NCBI GenBank assembly: GCA_012295275.1 | Contig: CM022672.1 | Span: forward strand, 14,570,001 to 14,634,000 | Length of the DNA stretch: 64,000 nt | Direction: 5' to 3' | Origin: Chrysomallon squamiferum | Lineage: Eukaryota; Animalia; Mollusca | Shown here: piece by piece, positions 60,566 to 64,000 of the stretch | How positions within the stretch are numbered: position 1 is the first letter of the stretch | Layout of the letters: each line of letters begins with the position of its first letter | Program-made: the position numbers and the translations under genes | The notes under the pieces: generated by a model | Database searches by the model: none | What the model was told of the DNA's origin: nothing | The model's input: the letters and a program-made list of their open reading frames with translations, nothing else

Positions 60566-60734
60566 ATTTATTTATTAACAGTTTATTTCACTTTATTTTT
60601 AGTATTAGAAGATTACGAAAACTTCCTTTATGATTTTATTAAGTAAAGTACTAGTACTTAATAAAATCATAAAGAAAGTTTTCGTAATTTTCTAATACTA
60701 AAAATAAAGTGAAATAAACTGTTAATAAATAAAT
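60566..60734. repeat. ~170 bp near-perfect AT-rich palindrome
   Basis: Arms of about 80 bp with two mismatches. The centre aagtactagtactt is itself palindromic and is preceded by a duplicated aagta. Confidence 0.93.
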
Positions 60735-62060
60735 AAAAATAAAAATAAAGAATTAAAAATGTATTTATTTATTAAAAACTTTTTAAATGCCCCCGCGTCT
60801 ATTGTATTTATTTTTTAAATCAGACAGCAGAAATTTTATTAGCGACAAAAAAAAAAAAATGCCCCCGCGTCTATTTAAAACGACATGCATGAAATTAATC
60901 ATTTCTTTGGTAATGTGTAAAACAAACGACCATTTCTTTTTTTTTTTTTTTTTTTTTTTAATGGTACTTCAGTCATTTCACTTTTATCTATTTTGAGAAA
61001 ATTTATAAAAAAAAAAAGTTTTGCTGTCCTTTGAATGAATCGCGTCAGTGCCCGATGAAGCTTGAAGTCAGAAAATATGTAAAAGATGTCTTAAACGACG
61101 TCGTTAGCATTTAATTGAATATGATATAATTATACTAGTAATGTAGCTTTCCCCAGCGAGAAGGATGTTGAGAGCAGCCGATGAAAGAATAAATAGACGT
61201 CTGTGTCAGCAGACGTTCAAATTTGAAATTAAAATAAATTGTATACATTAGAAACAGCAGTAATAGTAGTAGAAGAAGAAGAAGAAGAAGAAAAAAAAAA
61301 AGTTTTGGTACAGTATTAGTGAGCAGTAGTAGTAGTAGTAGCTTTAAGTAGTAGTAGTAGTGCAGCAGTATTTAGCAATAGCAGCAACAGTATGAGTAAT
61401 GACAGTAGATGTATATTGTTAGCATTGGTAGCAGTATTTAATAGCAACAGTGTAGTAATGGTATTGTTGTTCTATTTTGATAGCAGTAATAGCTGTAGGT
61501 ATTGTTGTTTTATTAGCAGCTATAGTAGTAATGATACCAAAGTATGTTGATGGAGATATAATTAATAGTAGCGATAACAAACAGAAGAAGAAGAAAATGA
61601 GAAAAATAAACAACAACAACAATAAAAACAACAATAACAATTAAAAAAAAAAATAAGAGTAAGAAGACTAAATAAAAACACACGGGTCAAAAAAAAAGAA
61701 GTCTTTATTAGAAGTGAAATTTTAATACGACCACTTTACACTGCAGGTGACCTGAGTTTCCAGACAGAACGTATATGTGCAGTAATTGACTTACTTTGTT
61801 ATCGCGCCCTTCCAATGATTATTGGTGAGTTTGTGGCAAACATCTTAACTAAAATGAGATTGTTTGACTCAACTTTATCTGTTTGTAGACAAGGAGCTTA
61901 TGAGAATTTCACAGTGATTCGGTTCTCAGAAATTTCTTCTTTTTTTTTCTTCTGTTTTACTAAATGGAGACAATTTTGAGAAATATTAAATTAAAACGAA
62001 ATTCTTGCAATAAAAATGATCTAGTGATTATACAACTGTATTTCTATGTATATGTATGAC

Positions 62061-62159
<99 letters not shown>

Positions 62160-63599
62160 CTGCATTTTTGGATAGATGGCTGGGGATATGGTATTTATGT
62201 TTATTAAATTTTATGTACCTGTGTGGTTGTATAGTTGCCTGAACCTTTGATTCATTCTGTTTCTTGTTTGTATCTCCGGTTATACATATGGCTTTATGTA
62301 TTTTTGTACATATGTATATATGTGTGTGTGTGTGCGTGTATATATATATATATGTAAGTATGTGTGTGCGTGTATATATATATATGTAACTATGTATGTG
62401 TGTGTTAGCATGCATGCATGTGTGTTTGTGTAGTTGTCTATGCGTATAAGTATCTGTGTGTATATATATATATATATATTTATACTTGTGTGTATTTATA
62501 TTTCTTGCTAGGTAAGCAGTTTGTATATATGTATGTATCTGCCTATGTATGTAGTAGATACGTACGTCTGATTGTATGTATGTATGTATGTCTATGTCTC
62601 TATGTGTATCACATATCTGTATGTCTCATCAAGCTGTGACACTGACAGTGATATTTAAAAAAAAAAAAATCTGATGATTCAATCTGTTTGGAATTTTCTA
62701 TGACAAAAATGGCATGTTTGTTTGCTTTAGAAATTATTCACCCATTCGATTTACAACTGAAAGGACATTTTCCCTTTCATGTAATCGCTTTAAAAGAAGA
62801 AAGAAAAACGTCAATTATTTATTCAAGAGAAATATATTATATTATAACCTATTAAACGTGTCTGGGCGTTCTGTTTCATAACATTTGAAAAGATCTGAAG
62901 TAAATGTGTCCCACATTTGCAATAGGATGTTAAATACGGGTACAACAGATTCATTCTGCCATAGCTAAGAAGTAATTATTTTTAATTTTCAAACGGTAAG
63001 TGTGCCGACACTTTAACGCACAAAAAAAAAAAAAAAAAAAAAGCTTTTGACATCGACGACAAAAAGAAGTTATTGACATTTTTGATAAGTGATTAACATA
63101 AGCTGACAACTTGGACAGAGTTAATATCGTTGTCCATAGAAATACTTCAGATAGATTTAACAATAGATGAAATACATATTAATAGTTTGATGTGCTTGTC
63201 TCAGAATGAAAACGTCGTTGGAAGGTGTACTTTTTATCACATTGTCAAGATGAAATATATATATATATCCGATGTGTCAGCTTGTTTCGTTTTCGTTCTT
63301 ATGTTAATATGTTGATATTTTGTAATTCTTATCGTACTGGTCCATTATGAGAATGTTAAGAGTAAAATGCTGACGTTATGCAGATGTTATGAAAGCCAAT
63401 ATATCACGAATATATAAGAACCTTTTGTATTATTGTTGATGAAATTTAGAACTTTTGATAATACTACAGTAATCTGGCGTTTAAATAATGTCTGAATAAC
63501 TCCTATTTTAATAATCCTTCAATAATCCATCTTCTAAATACCTGAATAATCCTTCCATAAGACTCGCTTCATAAATTTTTTTTTTTCAGAACCCATATA

Positions 63600-63858
63600 T
63601 ATGTATGTATATACATATAGATAGATATATAGATAAATAGATAGACAGACAGACATACAGACAGATAGAGAGATAGATAGATACATAGATACATAGATAC
63701 ATAGATATACAGACAGACAAACAGATAGAGATATAGATAGATACACAGATACATAGATATATAGACAGACAGACAGACAGACAGAGAGATAGATAGATAC
63801 ATAGATACATAGATATACAGACAGACAAACAGATAGAGATATAGAGATAGATAGATAA

Positions 63859-63893
<35 letters not shown>

Positions 63894-63896
63894 GGC

Positions 63897-63986
<90 letters not shown>

Positions 63987-64000
63987 AGATAGATAGATAG
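63600..64000. repeat. (GATA/GACA)n compound microsatellite running off the window
   Basis: Tetranucleotide arrays. Confidence 0.97.

Overview
AT-rich, microsatellite-dense animal genomic DNA. It is an invertebrate, probably a lophotrochozoan such as a mollusc, but that is inferred from composition and protein style only. The 64 kb window holds one supportable protein-coding gene: a minus-strand NK6-family homeobox gene (Nkx6/HGTX) with three coding exons (43990-43558, 34912-34719, 16077-15904; 266 aa). The exons join in frame across GT-AG introns of 8645 and 18641 bp. A TATA/GC/CCAAT core promoter lies about 400 bp upstream of the ATG. The rest is a gene desert of simple repeats interrupted by CpG-rich unique islands that look like enhancers. 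The best leads are a perfect Gli/Ci consensus site plus several near-consensus sites around the gene, recurrent bZIP and TALE motif clusters, two uORFs, two long near-perfect fold-back palindromes and a possible MITE. I found no evidence of a new protein-coding or defence-type system. Almost all other ORF-track entries are microsatellite translations or chance ORFs.
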